64,000 nucleotides of DNA from assembly GCA_965205485.1 (NCBI GenBank), contig OZ242180.1:3296001-3360000 (forward strand). Reading direction: 5' to 3'. The first letter of the stretch is position 1; the number at the start of each line of letters is the position of its first letter. This stretch comes from Candidatus Latescibacterota bacterium (GTDB lineage: Bacteria; Latescibacterota; UBA2968; GCA-2709665). Of the stretch, positions 38,096-48,722 are shown one piece after another. Position numbers and translations under genes: made by a program. The notes below the pieces were generated by a model. It was not told where the DNA came from. It did not search any database and was given only the letters and a program-made list of their open reading frames with translations.

Positions 38096-39682
38096 ATGCT
38101 GGTGGGATACGTGAGTGATGAGCGCTATGTCGCGATGTCCGACGTGGCCCTTGAGTTCAGGGACGCGTCGGGAAACGCGGTGCCCGCACGTTCGTCGGCA
38201 TCGGGTGCGGTATACGCGGACGTTTCGCCCGGGCGGTATCAGGTGGTTCTGGCGCGGCATGGTTACGGGTCGAAGATTGTCGATTTGGAGGTGAAGCCCG
38301 ATGAACCCCATCAGTTTCGTCTGTTGAAGGACTGCCTCATGGGCTACGTGTGGCCCAAGTGCGTCAGGTCGGGCGATCGCTCCGAATTCCGCGTGCATTC
38401 ACACGAACAGTACAAGCTGGAGTTGTGGCGTTACGGCTGGAAAAAGGAACTCATCAGGCCAGTCGGGTGGTACGACGAGCACGGGCCGCGGGCCACCGTG
38501 CAGCTGACTCCCGACGGCGACTATACGCAGGTGGGCGCACAGTGGAACAGGTTCGGCTATACCAGCCCGGGTCATAAACAGCTGGTCACGGCGCCCGAAC
38601 GGTCCGGTCTCTACTATTTTCATGCGAAAACGGAGTCCGGTCTGTTCTTTTCGTTTCCGTGGGTTGTCGCGCCGGCCCGACCGCGGGCGAGAGTGGCCGT
38701 GCTGGCGTCGAACATCAACTGGAACTGCTATAACAACTTCGGCGGGCGCAGCAACTATATTCACCCTGACAGGATGCCGCCCACACCAACCATCAACGCC
38801 CGGCTCGAATTGAAACGCTACACCGATCCGGAGCACATCAACTACGATGCGGAGGAATACCTGCCGCTTTCTTTCGAACGACCTGAGCCGATCAATTTCG
38901 TGCCGGAGGATGAACAGGTAACCGACCCGATCGAAGGGCGGGCGCCGAATCACGTCGCGCCGGCGGAATGGCGGTTGATGGGTTGGCTCGAACGGGAAGG
39001 GTTCGAGTACGACCTCTACTCGGAGACACAACTGCACTTTGGAGCGCTCAATCTGGACGATTACGCCGTTTTGATTCTGGGTCCCCATCCTGAATACTGG
39101 TCCGCCAGGATGTATTACGAGGTGAAGGACTGGGTCTTCAGCCGCGGCGGCAGGCTGATGTATATGGGCGGCAACGGGCTGAACTGCGAGGTGGAGTTGC
39201 CGGACGAGGAAACAATGATCGTCCACAACGGAAACCTTCGTCAACAGAGGGACGGACGATTTGAAAGCCGGATGCACATGCGCCAGGAATCCGAGGCCAA
39301 CCTGCTGGGTGTCGTGTTCACCGATGCCGGCATTATGACAGCGGCGCCTTACCAGGTCGTCGACGCAGGACACTGGGCATTCGAAGGCACCGGTCTCCAG
39401 GACGGCGATATCTTCGGCCGGGAGTGCCTGCATATGCGAATTCCGGGAGGGGCGTCGGGGCACGAAACGGACAAGATCTCGCCCAGATTCTCTCCCGAGA
39501 ACGTGAAACTGCTCGCCCGCGGGACCAACGACAACGATGGCGGCGCTCATATGGTCGTTCACGAGCCGGACGGGGGCGGCGCCGTCTTCTCGACGGGGTC
39601 GATCACCTGTATCAGTTCCCTTCTGGTCAGCGATGAACTGTCACGGTTGACGGGCAACGTGCTGAGGCGGTTCCTGGCGTAA
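38096..39682 (+). CDS. N,N-dimethylformamidase beta-subunit-family protein with an N-terminal carboxypeptidase-regulatory-like domain
   Basis: WNCYNNFGGRSNY, LSFERP, WLEREG, HPEYWS, YMGGNG, SGHETD, VFSTGSI. Confidence 0.8.
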   Translation: MLVGYVSDERYVAMSDVALEFRDASGNAVPARSSASGAVYADVSPGRYQVVLARHGYGSKIVDLEVKPDEPHQFRLLKDCLMGYVWPKCVRSGDRSEFRVHSHEQYKLELWRYGWKKELIRPVGWYDEHGPRATVQLTPDGDYTQVGAQWNRFGYTSPGHKQLVTAPERSGLYYFHAKTESGLFFSFPWVVAPARPRARVAVLASNINWNCYNNFGGRSNYIHPDRMPPTPTINARLELKRYTDPEHINYDAEEYLPLSFERPEPINFVPEDEQVTDPIEGRAPNHVAPAEWRLMGWLEREGFEYDLYSETQLHFGALNLDDYAVLILGPHPEYWSARMYYEVKDWVFSRGGRLMYMGGNGLNCEVELPDEETMIVHNGNLRQQRDGRFESRMHMRQESEANLLGVVFTDAGIMTAAPYQVVDAGHWAFEGTGLQDGDIFGRECLHMRIPGGASGHETDKISPRFSPENVKLLARGTNDNDGGAHMVVHEPDGGGAVFSTGSITCISSLLVSDELSRLTGNVLRRFLA

Positions 39683-39706
39683 GACCCTTGGCGATCGGAG
39701 CGTAGC

Positions 39707-40609
39707 GTGCTATTCGACACGCATACGAACCTGTTGTGGTATCCGGACCATCTGTCGGATGAATTCATCGAGTCGGCGCTTGCGGCCAAGAAGGCGAAGA
39801 TGCGATTGTCGCCCGACGTGTACTACGCCGACGACGCCAGGGACGAGCGCAATGCGTTCGATGCCAGGCCCGAGCAATTGCTGGAGGCCACGGAAGACTG
39901 CGACCGCGCCATCGTGTTCGGCCTGCGTGCGCCGCACGTGGGAATCGACGTGCCCCAGGAACTGGTTGCCGGATTCGTGGACGAAAACCCGGAACGGTTC
40001 TTTGGCTGGTGTTCGGTCAACCCGAACGACGCGGATTGTATCGATCAACTGGTATATTGCGTGGAGGGCCTCGGGCTGCGGGGGTTGAAGGTGGCGCCGA
40101 TCTACCAGAACTGGGACCCGCAGGATCCCCGTCACCTGCCGTTCTTCAAAATGGCGGAATCGCTGGGTATTCCGCTGAATATCCATCAGGGGACCTCTTT
40201 CGTCCGGTTCGGCCCGTTGAAGTACGCGAATCCCATTCAACTCGAGGATATCGCGATTGCGTGTCCCGATCTTCGCATCGTCATTTCCCACATGGGGCAT
40301 CCCTGGGAAGATGAATGCGTCGTGCTGATCCGGAAGCATCCAAACCTCTTCACGAACGTATCCGCGATCCACTACCGTCCGCGGCGGCACTACCACGCCC
40401 TCATGTCGGCGATTGAATACGGCGTGGAACACAAACTGATATTCGGATCCGACTTCCCGTCGGCCACGGCGGCGCAGGTCATCGCCGGACAGTGGAAGGT
40501 GAATGACGTGGTCAGGGGGACCGGTTTCCCGACGGTCCCGGACGAGGTGATCCACAATATCATCTACGAGAACTGGAAGCTTGCCCTTCCCGAATATATT
40601 GGACGATAG
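39707..40609 (+). CDS. Amidohydrolase family 2 protein
   Basis: FDTHT, LRGLKV, IHQG, ISHMGHPW, IFGSDFP. Confidence 0.9.
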   Translation: MLFDTHTNLLWYPDHLSDEFIESALAAKKAKMRLSPDVYYADDARDERNAFDARPEQLLEATEDCDRAIVFGLRAPHVGIDVPQELVAGFVDENPERFFGWCSVNPNDADCIDQLVYCVEGLGLRGLKVAPIYQNWDPQDPRHLPFFKMAESLGIPLNIHQGTSFVRFGPLKYANPIQLEDIAIACPDLRIVISHMGHPWEDECVVLIRKHPNLFTNVSAIHYRPRRHYHALMSAIEYGVEHKLIFGSDFPSATAAQVIAGQWKVNDVVRGTGFPTVPDEVIHNIIYENWKLALPEYIGR

Positions 40610-40652
40610 TCGGCCGGAATCTGAGATTCCAAACTCACAATGAGAGGCCTTG

Positions 40653-41894
40653 ATGAGCCGATTGTATTATAGCGAAGAAGGGCGGGTGATGCCGACGCTT
40701 TGCGAGGAACTGACGACGTTCCGCCGGGTCCGCAAGAGGCTGGCGTTGCCGGCTACCGACGCGCCGGGGCAGGTCTATCTCCTTGCCCGGCCCTATCCTG
40801 ATAACGCTGCTTCGCTTCGAGTGGCCGTGAACGGCGTTGAAGTCATCGCGATCGAGCCCGATCGGCCGGGCGCGTATTCCTGGTATGAATTCCCGGTGTC
40901 GGACCTGAGGGCCGGCGACAACACCTTCGAACTGTGGACCGACGGGACGGCGATGGACGGCTGGTCTCTCGCGATGGAAGCGGGACGCGCCGGAACCGGC
41001 AGCGGGGTCAGTGACGACGGCGGGGAGACCTGGCGGAGCGACCGGATGGGTTATCTCAACTCGGTCCTGGGCGAGTACGTCGTCCGGGTGCGGCTGGCCG
41101 AGGGCGAGGACCCGCCGCCTCCCGCCATGGTCTGGGAGGTCGCCAGGTCGCCCAGGCTGTTGTCGTTGAGGCGTTTGCTGCCGCCGGTCGCAAGAGACCA
41201 GGGGCCGCTGATCAACCGGGTCCGCGCGTTAACGTCCTGGCTGGCGTCCAGCTGGGAGCATACCAACTCATTAAGGGCGGGCCAATACGCGCCCTGGGAC
41301 GCCGAAACCCTGCTCGCATGGGCTCCCCGACAGGCCGGACACAATGGCAAACGCCCGGTGGCGATGTGCGTACACTACGCGGCGGCGTTCGTGAGCTGCG
41401 CCCAGGCGGCGGGCATCCCGGCTCGGTGCGCCGTACTCACCGAGGCGGTCAACGGTTTCAACGGACATTTCGTGGCCGAGGTCTGGTTCGAGGAGTACCG
41501 CAAGTGGGCCGTGGTGGATCCGAACACCGATGCGCTTTTCATCAGGAATGGGGTACCCATGTCGATGGGCGAGGTGCAGGCCGAGGGAGAAAGCCTGAAG
41601 ACTTATGTCGAATACGGGCCGGGGGCGGAGTACCAGAGGACGTTCCCGCATATGGTTGAATTCGCCCGGGAGAATCTTGAGAAGGGGGTGTGCTTCGGGC
41701 ACCGGAGCGTGTGGTTCCGGAGCGACCTGCTGGGACGACCGGAATTTTCGCCGCCCGCGCACGGATCCCTGAGCTATTGCGAGACCGGCCTGGTCTGGGA
41801 GCAACGCGACCTGGCCGAGGGGTTTGGAATGTTTCCTTATTTCGGCGGCGAAGGCTACTTCGATGCCGCACCGGCGGGATTCGGTGACCGTTGA
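40653..41894 (+). CDS. Transglutaminase-like domain protein
   Basis: Cys-His-Asp triad pattern MCVHYA...GIPAR...GHFVAEVW...WAVVDP. Confidence 0.8.
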   Translation: MSRLYYSEEGRVMPTLCEELTTFRRVRKRLALPATDAPGQVYLLARPYPDNAASLRVAVNGVEVIAIEPDRPGAYSWYEFPVSDLRAGDNTFELWTDGTAMDGWSLAMEAGRAGTGSGVSDDGGETWRSDRMGYLNSVLGEYVVRVRLAEGEDPPPPAMVWEVARSPRLLSLRRLLPPVARDQGPLINRVRALTSWLASSWEHTNSLRAGQYAPWDAETLLAWAPRQAGHNGKRPVAMCVHYAAAFVSCAQAAGIPARCAVLTEAVNGFNGHFVAEVWFEEYRKWAVVDPNTDALFIRNGVPMSMGEVQAEGESLKTYVEYGPGAEYQRTFPHMVEFARENLEKGVCFGHRSVWFRSDLLGRPEFSPPAHGSLSYCETGLVWEQRDLAEGFGMFPYFGGEGYFDAAPAGFGDR

Positions 41895-41959
41895 AGCGAC
41901 GACCGACGGCGTTCGCGGTCGTGCAAAGCCGGAGTCATCGTCATGATGGGAGTCCCGTG

Positions 41960-42946
41960 ATGAAAATTGGTACGCGAATCGATCCGGCTTGGCTGGACCG
42001 GCCGGAGGACCTGAGGTTCCTGCGGCAGATCGGCGTGGACGTGGTGGATGTGACGCTGGATATCTTCCCGGGATACAGGGAGTCCGGGCAACTGCGTCGC
42101 GAAAGCCTGGAGCGCGTGGTGGAGGTGGTGGACGGCGCCGGCCTCAAGATCGAACGGGCGAACGCCACCAACAACTATATGCGCGCTGTCTACCTGGGTG
42201 AATCGGGTGCCGCTGAGGAACTGGATCATCTCGTGGCGAACGTCGCGCTCTGCGGGGAATACGGATTTCCCGTCGTCGGGATTCAGTGTTTCCAGGCCGC
42301 CCAGTTCGGAGGGTTGCCTCGCGGCGTGTTCGAGTGGGTGGAAGGCCGGGGCGGCTACCGGCACCTGAGGGTCGATTTGCGGGACGCGCTGAACAGACCC
42401 GCGCAGGACGGCGCGCCCACGCACGAGGAACTCTGGGAACGGACGTTGGAGATCTTTCGGGCGACGGTGCCGGTCGCCGAAGCAGGGGGCACACGGGTCG
42501 CGATGCATGGGAACGACCCTCCCGTGCCCAGCCTGCATGGCGTACCTCAGATTCTGCACGATTTCGCGTCGTTCGATCGGTTGTTCTCGGAGGTGCCGTC
42601 GCCCGCAAACGGGATGACCTTCTGCGTGGGCACACGGTACGAGTCGGGCGAGGACGTATTCGAGGGAATCCGGCGGTTTGGCGGGCAGGGGAGGATCTTT
42701 CACGTGCATTTTCGAAACGTACGGGGAACCATTCCCGAAACCGGGGGTTATGAGGAGGTGAGTCCGGATCTGGGAGACCTGAACATGTTTCAGGTCGTCC
42801 GGGCCTTGCACGAAGTGGGATTCGAGGGCGCCATCGACTACGACCATATTATGAAGTTGGCCGGTGACGCGGAGGGGCGGGCCTATATAGCGCTATGCGT
42901 CGGGCAGATGCACGGATTCCTGCAGGCGCTCGAAACGGACCGTTAA
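41960..42946 (+). CDS. Mannonate dehydratase (UxuA)-family protein
   Basis: VAMHGNDPP, NGMTFCVG, HVHFRNVRG, GDLNM, YDH. Confidence 0.85.
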   Translation: MKIGTRIDPAWLDRPEDLRFLRQIGVDVVDVTLDIFPGYRESGQLRRESLERVVEVVDGAGLKIERANATNNYMRAVYLGESGAAEELDHLVANVALCGEYGFPVVGIQCFQAAQFGGLPRGVFEWVEGRGGYRHLRVDLRDALNRPAQDGAPTHEELWERTLEIFRATVPVAEAGGTRVAMHGNDPPVPSLHGVPQILHDFASFDRLFSEVPSPANGMTFCVGTRYESGEDVFEGIRRFGGQGRIFHVHFRNVRGTIPETGGYEEVSPDLGDLNMFQVVRALHEVGFEGAIDYDHIMKLAGDAEGRAYIALCVGQMHGFLQALETDR

Positions 42947-43036
42947 CGGGTGATGCACACTGTGGCAGACGCCCTGCACGGCCGATGTTCAGCGGGCTGA
43001 ACGCAGACATACCGGGAGATGACTCTGAGCGTTGCC

Positions 43037-45648
43037 ATGGCTGAAACGGCGGAATTCGTTGTTGATCTTGCGCGGGCCTCGCGTGCTTCGCTCGATCAGG
43101 TTGGCGGAAAAGCGCGAAACCTGGGGCGTCTGCTTGTCGGGGGATTCCGCGTTCCGGACGGATTCTGCGTGACAGCGGACGCCTGTACGCGGTTTCTGGA
43201 ACACAATGGGCTTGATCCCGCCGGCGCGACCGAGGAGACGGTTGCCGGGGGTTCGTTTCCCGAATCCGTGGAACAGGCCATCAGGACGTCTTCCGAATCG
43301 CTCCTCCGCCAGGGCGCAGGACCGTTGCAGTGCGGTCGTCCGGCGCCTCCGAGGACGGCAGCGCATTTGCGTTTGCGGGTCAGTTCGAGACCTACCTGAA
43401 CCTGACGGATGTCGCTTCCGTGCTCGAACACGTCCGGATGTGCTGGGCGTCCGCATGGAACGTCCGCTTGCGAACCTATGCCCCGGAGCTGATTCCCCGT
43501 ATTGCGGTTGTGGTCCAGGAAATGGTGGCGGCGGAGAAGTCCGGCATCCTATTCACGCAAAACCCGGTGGCGTCAGGCGCACCGGGTATTTTCGTGGAGG
43601 CAAACTGGGGACTCGGCGAGACGGTGGTCGGGGGGGAGGTTTCGCCCGATTCTTACGTGCTGGACCGGAAATCGGGCCGTGTTGTCGAGAAACGTATCGC
43701 GCATAAGCTGTGGCGGCTCCTGCCGGGCGACCGCCGGGCCGAACCCATGCCGGAGGAGCTCCGGAATGCGGAAGCGCTTTCTTCTGATGAACTGAGCACG
43801 CTTTGGCGGCAGGGCACGAAGATCGAGGCTTTATCCGGGGGCCGACCCCAGGACATCGAATGGGCGTTTTCCGGGAGCCGGCTTTTTCTCCTGCAGACGC
43901 GTCCGATTACCACGGCGGTGTCCCGCCCGCGCGGCGCATGGTCTCGGGGGATCTGCGACGACCTCTGGTCCGAGGCCCTCTGTCCGATGGCCGCGTCCAT
44001 CATTGCCGGTCGTCTGAGCGAAGCCTATACCTTCCAGCGTCCCGCGCGGCGCCTGGGCATGAGAGCATTTGTACGCGATGACATCTTGAATGTGATCGAC
44101 AGCTATATGTACGTGAATGCGGACGCAGTGGCGCAGGCGCTCCGCCTGATCCCTGAAAGACTGACCGCAGATGACGCCCTGGATATCCTGCCCAGGAGTC
44201 TCCAGGCGGAGGTCAAGGGTTCGCCGCGGACCTGGCGGCGGATTCTCCCGGCACTGCTGCGCCTTCCGGGCCTGCTGATGACTGAACCCTACGGTCTGAT
44301 TCACAGCAATCACCGGCGGGTCAGGCAGGCGTTTTTCCCGGTATTCAGCCGGCGGATTCGGGCCATAGAGCGCCAAATTTCCTCGGCGAGGGCTCCGGAT
44401 GACCTGCTCGAGGCCGCGGATCGTCTGAATGAACTGGCCATGCGCCAACAGGGGCATGTCAACCAGTGGAGCTACGCATTCGCGATGAACTGCATCTGGG
44501 TGCTGCGAATGATGGTGGTCCGCTGGGCGAAGCTCGACATGGAAGTTTTCAAGGATCTGCTGATGGTCCCTGTTAGAAACAAGACTTCGGAGGCCAACGC
44601 CGCCCTGGAGGAATTGACGGAGGAGATCCGGAGCGACGCCGGACTGCGGCTGGTGTTGGAAAACGGCACGGACGCGGCGTTCCTGAAACATCTGCGGGCG
44701 GGCGAACGCCGCTTTGCTTCCAGGTTCGATGCATTCATCCAGGTGTACGGGGTTCGCGCCACAAATCGGGATTTCACCATTGCGCGCTGGCGGGAACGCC
44801 CGGAAATCGTTGTTCAGATGCTCCGACAGAACCTCTGCGCGGAACCCGTATCGCTGCGAAGAGATCCGCGGGAAACGATGCAGACGGCGGAATCGACGGT
44901 ATTTGAATGTCTGTCCGAAAAACCTTGGGGAGCGGTGCGTGTTCCGGTGTTTCGGTACGTATTGAGATATGCGAGGATCTATCTCGGACTTCGTGAGGAA
45001 TTGCGATTCCACCTCGACAGACTGTTCGCCGGGTACCGGGCTGTTTTTCTGGGGCTCGCAGACCATCTTGTACACCGAGGGCTGCTTCGCCGGAGGGATG
45101 ACGTGTTTTTCCTGACCTGTACCGAAGTCGAGAACGCGTTCCAGGGCGGCCCCCTGCCATCCGAAGATGAAATCCATCGACGGATCGCGGATTTCGAACG
45201 CGCGCGCGTCAGACAGCCGTTTTATTTCTGGATTGACGGGCGCGGTGAGAATCCGGTCGCCGACAATAGTCAGGATGCACAACGGTTGGAGGGCGTTGGA
45301 ACCAGCCCCGGAACGGCTACCGGGTTTGCCAGGCTGATACGCGGGCCGGAGGATTTCGGGACACTTGGGCAGGGTGAGGTGCTGGTTGCATTGGGTACGG
45401 ACCCGGGATGGACGCCGCTCTTCCGGCGGGTGAGGGCGGTCGTCACGGAAATTGGCGGGGTCCTGAACCACAGTTCGGTGATCGCAAGGGAGTATCAGGT
45501 CCCCGCGGTCGTGGGGGTGTCGGGCGCCACGCGGCGCATCCGCACCGGAGACCGCGTGACCGTGGACGGGAGTCGCGGTGTTGTCGAGATTCACGGCGAC
45601 GTGAGCGGGTCCCCTGTATCTCGCGATCGGGCAGACGAGGCCGGATAG
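43037..45648 (+). pseudogene. PEP-utilising phosphotransferase with rifampin-phosphotransferase-like architecture; single frameshift near 43320 (pseudogene or assembly error)
   Basis: VGGKARNLG...VPDGFCVT in frame 1, then VAVRSSG.SED..FAGQFET, VQEMV, DIEWA, LQTRPIT, a helical middle domain and TDPGWTPLF...GGVLNHSSVIAREY (phospho-His swivel) in frame 2. Confidence 0.85.
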
Positions 45649-45765
45649 GGGACCGGACACGGAGATCTTCAGCGTGCTTCCGTATAACTTTCTTGTTTTT
45701 AACTATTTGGGACAATATGGATCCTTTGTGCCGTCGGACTGCGGATTTGCCGGTCAGCGAATCGG

Positions 45766-45794
45766 TTGCCAATAAGCGCACGTTATTGTAAATT
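45766..45794 (+). promoter_or_regulatory. Putative promoter of the yggS operon
   Basis: TTGCCA-17 nt-TAAATT. Confidence 0.55.
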
Positions 45795-45848
45795 TACTCT
45801 TCTGTATCGGAACTTCTATTAACCGTTTTTCGTTTCGGCGCAGCGCCA

Positions 45849-46538
45849 ATGACGTCGATTTCCGAGAATCTGAGGCGGGTCCGTGAACGCATCGCCCGGG
45901 CCGCGGAGCGTGCGTCGCGGCAGGCGCGGGATGTGACCCTTGTCGCGGTTTCCAAGACGAAGCCCGTCGAGGTCATCGGGGAAGCGGTGGAGGCGGGGGT
46001 CCGGGTGCTGGGCGAAAACCGCGTGCAGGAAGCCGAGACGAAGGTTGGTAACGTCGCGGAAGCCGTGGAATGGCATCTCGTGGGACATCTCCAGCGTAAC
46101 AAGGTGAAGAGTGCGCTGCACATGTTCGAGCTGATCCATTCGGTGGACAGTCTGCGGCTTGCAAAGGAGATTGGAAAACGCGCCGTGCAGGCCGGAATCT
46201 GCGCACGGACGCTCGTACAGGTGAATACTTCCGGGGCGGACTCGCAGTTCGGAGCCGCGCCTCACGAAGCAGTCGACCTTGTCGGGCGGATTTCAGAGGT
46301 GGAAGGCGTGGGTGTGGAGGGGTTGATGACGATCGGCCTGTTCCTTCCGGACCCCGAGGCGGTGCGACCATGTTTCGTACAACTGCGGGAACTGAGTGAA
46401 GAGATCGAATCGGCGCGAATACCGGGTGTGTCGATGACACACCTGTCGATGGGGATGACGGGGGATTTCGAGGTGGCGATAGAGGAAGGCGCCACGATGG
46501 TGCGCGTCGGATCGGCGGTCTTCGGCTCGAGACAATGA
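45849..46538 (+). CDS. yggS: PLP homeostasis protein
   Basis: LVAVSKTK, GENRVQE, WHLVGHLQRNK, LSMGMTGDF, GATMVRVGS. Confidence 0.96.
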   Translation: MTSISENLRRVRERIARAAERASRQARDVTLVAVSKTKPVEVIGEAVEAGVRVLGENRVQEAETKVGNVAEAVEWHLVGHLQRNKVKSALHMFELIHSVDSLRLAKEIGKRAVQAGICARTLVQVNTSGADSQFGAAPHEAVDLVGRISEVEGVGVEGLMTIGLFLPDPEAVRPCFVQLRELSEEIESARIPGVSMTHLSMGMTGDFEVAIEEGATMVRVGSAVFGSRQ

Positions 46539-46595
46539 CGGACGGGCAGCGCTCCCGGCGGTCGGCGGCAGAGGGCGTCCAAGTCAAGGATTACA

Positions 46596-47198
46596 ATGTT
46601 ATACGTCTTGTTGCAGGTCATTGACTATTTGCGTGCGGCCGTCAATTTCGCGGCATTCGCTGTGGTGGTGGTCGTTATCGTCCTGATGGTCCTGCGATGG
46701 ATACTGTTCAGGGCGCAGCCCTTCGGGCGGCTCGCCCAGGTCGTTCGGGAATGGACCGACCCCATGATCTGGCCGGTGGCGCAGAGCCTGCCGGCGTCCA
46801 ACAGTCTCAGCATTGCGCCGCTGTTTGTGATTCTGGCGGCGTTGCTGGCCGCGTTTTTTCTGAAGTGGGTCAGCAACGATGTGCTGCTGGCGCTGGAAGG
46901 GGTGGTTCGGGCATTGATGAACGTGGCTTTTCTTCAGGTCATCGGCTGGCTCTTTTACGGCGCGATTTCCGTCTTCCTGGTGTTGATCCTCGCCCGCATC
47001 ATTGTCTCCTGGATGCCCTTTCTGCAAAGCGGGCGGCTGGTCTGGACGCTGTATGCGCTTACCGAGCCCGTCATGGCGCCTTTCCGTCGCATGATTCCGC
47101 CCCTTGGGATGTTCGATCTGTCTCCCATTCTGTTGATCCTGCTGTTGAATTTCGCAAAGGGCGCGGTTCTCGCCGTCTTCGGACTGGGCGCGTCGTAG
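46596..47198 (+). CDS. yggT: YggT family membrane protein (two repeats)
   Basis: ARIIVSW...LTEPVMAPFRRMIPPLGMFDLSP. Confidence 0.92.
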   Translation: MLYVLLQVIDYLRAAVNFAAFAVVVVVIVLMVLRWILFRAQPFGRLAQVVREWTDPMIWPVAQSLPASNSLSIAPLFVILAALLAAFFLKWVSNDVLLALEGVVRALMNVAFLQVIGWLFYGAISVFLVLILARIIVSWMPFLQSGRLVWTLYALTEPVMAPFRRMIPPLGMFDLSPILLILLLNFAKGAVLAVFGLGAS

Positions 47199-47229
47199 GG
47201 TCGGATTTCCGTAAGGACTGAGTGGATCC

Positions 47230-48117
47230 ATGACAGACATGAAGCCACTACGCCTTGGCGTAATCGGCGGGTCCGGGTTCTACGAGATGGACGGCGTCAG
47301 GGTTGTGCGGGAGCACGACGTGGACACGCCGTTCGGCCGGCCATCTGACCTGATGGTTGAAGCGGAGATCGACGGACGCACGGTCGTCTTTCTGCCCCGG
47401 CATGGACGCGGACACAGGTTGTTGCCGTCCGAGGTGCCATACCGCGCCAATATCCATGCCCTGAAACAGCTGTGCATAACCCACGTCCTCGCGGTCGGCG
47501 CCGTGGGAATCATGAAGGAACACATCGCGCCGGGAGACATGGTCGTTCCGGACCAGGTTTTCGACCGCACAAAGGGGAATCGGGCGTCAACGTTCTTCGG
47601 CGGCGGGGTTGTCGGGCACGTGTCCTTCGCCGACCCGTTTTGCGCCGGGATGCGCAGTCTGGTTGTGCAGGCGGCGAAGGCAGGGGGCGCTTCGGTCCAC
47701 GACGGCGGTACGTACGTCTGCATGGAAGGGCCGCAGTTTTCCACCCGGGCGGAGTCGCACTTCTATCGCCGGGCCGCCGACGCTACGGTGATCGGAATGA
47801 CGGCGCTTCCAGAGTCCAAACTGGCGCGTGAGGCGGAAATGTGCTACGCCGTGCTGTCGATGGGCACGGACTACGATTGCTGGCACGAGCAGGAGGGGGA
47901 CGTCGATATCGAGTCGGTTCTGGCCATCCTGAAGGCGAATACCCGGACGGCCAATGCGGTCGTGAAGGAAATCTCGGGGATGCTGCCGGAAGCGTCGGAC
48001 TGCGAGTGTCAGCGCGCGGCGCGGGATGCGATCATTACGGCCCCAGGCGCCGTTCCCAAAGAAGCGAAACGCCGGCTGAGCGTCCTTTACGGACACTATC
48101 TGGACGGGACGGGATGA
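47230..48117 (+). CDS. mtnP: S-methyl-5'-thioadenosine phosphorylase
   Basis: GVIGGSG, LPRHGRGH, MEGPQFSTRAES, IGMT, TDYDCW. Confidence 0.95.
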   Translation: MTDMKPLRLGVIGGSGFYEMDGVRVVREHDVDTPFGRPSDLMVEAEIDGRTVVFLPRHGRGHRLLPSEVPYRANIHALKQLCITHVLAVGAVGIMKEHIAPGDMVVPDQVFDRTKGNRASTFFGGGVVGHVSFADPFCAGMRSLVVQAAKAGGASVHDGGTYVCMEGPQFSTRAESHFYRRAADATVIGMTALPESKLAREAEMCYAVLSMGTDYDCWHEQEGDVDIESVLAILKANTRTANAVVKEISGMLPEASDCECQRAARDAIITAPGAVPKEAKRRLSVLYGHYLDGTG

Positions 48118-48584
48118 TCGACGAACAATGGTACAAGAGACCCGACGGCGTACCGGAAGCCGTTTCGGCGGGTGGCGTGGTTGTCAGGGTGGATGGCGGC
48201 CGGGTGATGGTGGCGCTGATTCGGGAGCAGTCCTACGAGGAGTACGTGCTGCCCAAAGGACACGTGGACGAGGGCGAGTCCGTCGAGGAGGCTGCGCGTC
48301 GGGAGATCGAGGAGGAGGCAGGGTTTACGGAACTGGAATTGATCCGTCCGATGGGCGTTCGGAAGAGGATGAACTATCGTCGAACGGAGTGGAAGACCAC
48401 GCACTATTTCCTCTATCGGACCGAGCAGGTGGACGTCGTGCCAACCGACGTCGAAAATCACGAAGTCGTGGACTGGTTTCCGGTCGACAGGCTGCCCGTG
48501 ATGATGTGGCCGGAACAGAAGGACCTGTTACGGGAGAATAAGCACCGGATCCTCGCAATGGTGAACGGCCGGTCAACTCGATGA
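48114..48584 (+). CDS. NUDIX hydrolase
   Basis: SAGGVV; Nudix box LPKGHVDEGESVEEAARREIEEEAG. Confidence 0.92.
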   Translation: MIDEQWYKRPDGVPEAVSAGGVVVRVDGGRVMVALIREQSYEEYVLPKGHVDEGESVEEAARREIEEEAGFTELELIRPMGVRKRMNYRRTEWKTTHYFLYRTEQVDVVPTDVENHEVVDWFPVDRLPVMMWPEQKDLLRENKHRILAMVNGRSTR

Positions 48585-48722
48585 CCCCCAAAAGCGTCCG
48601 CCGGTACGCTTCCGCCTGAACGAGTCGGCAGTGCGGCGTGCAGGGACGTGGGACCGCATCGGCAAAGAATCCGGAATCATCCGCGGTTTCCCCGAAACCA
48701 ACAATGACGGTGAATAGCGTTC

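Noticed and set aside
48585..48722. T-box riboswitch upstream of ileS
   Set aside because: Only about 140 nt long, with no T-box consensus (GGTGGNACCGCG) or terminator visible.
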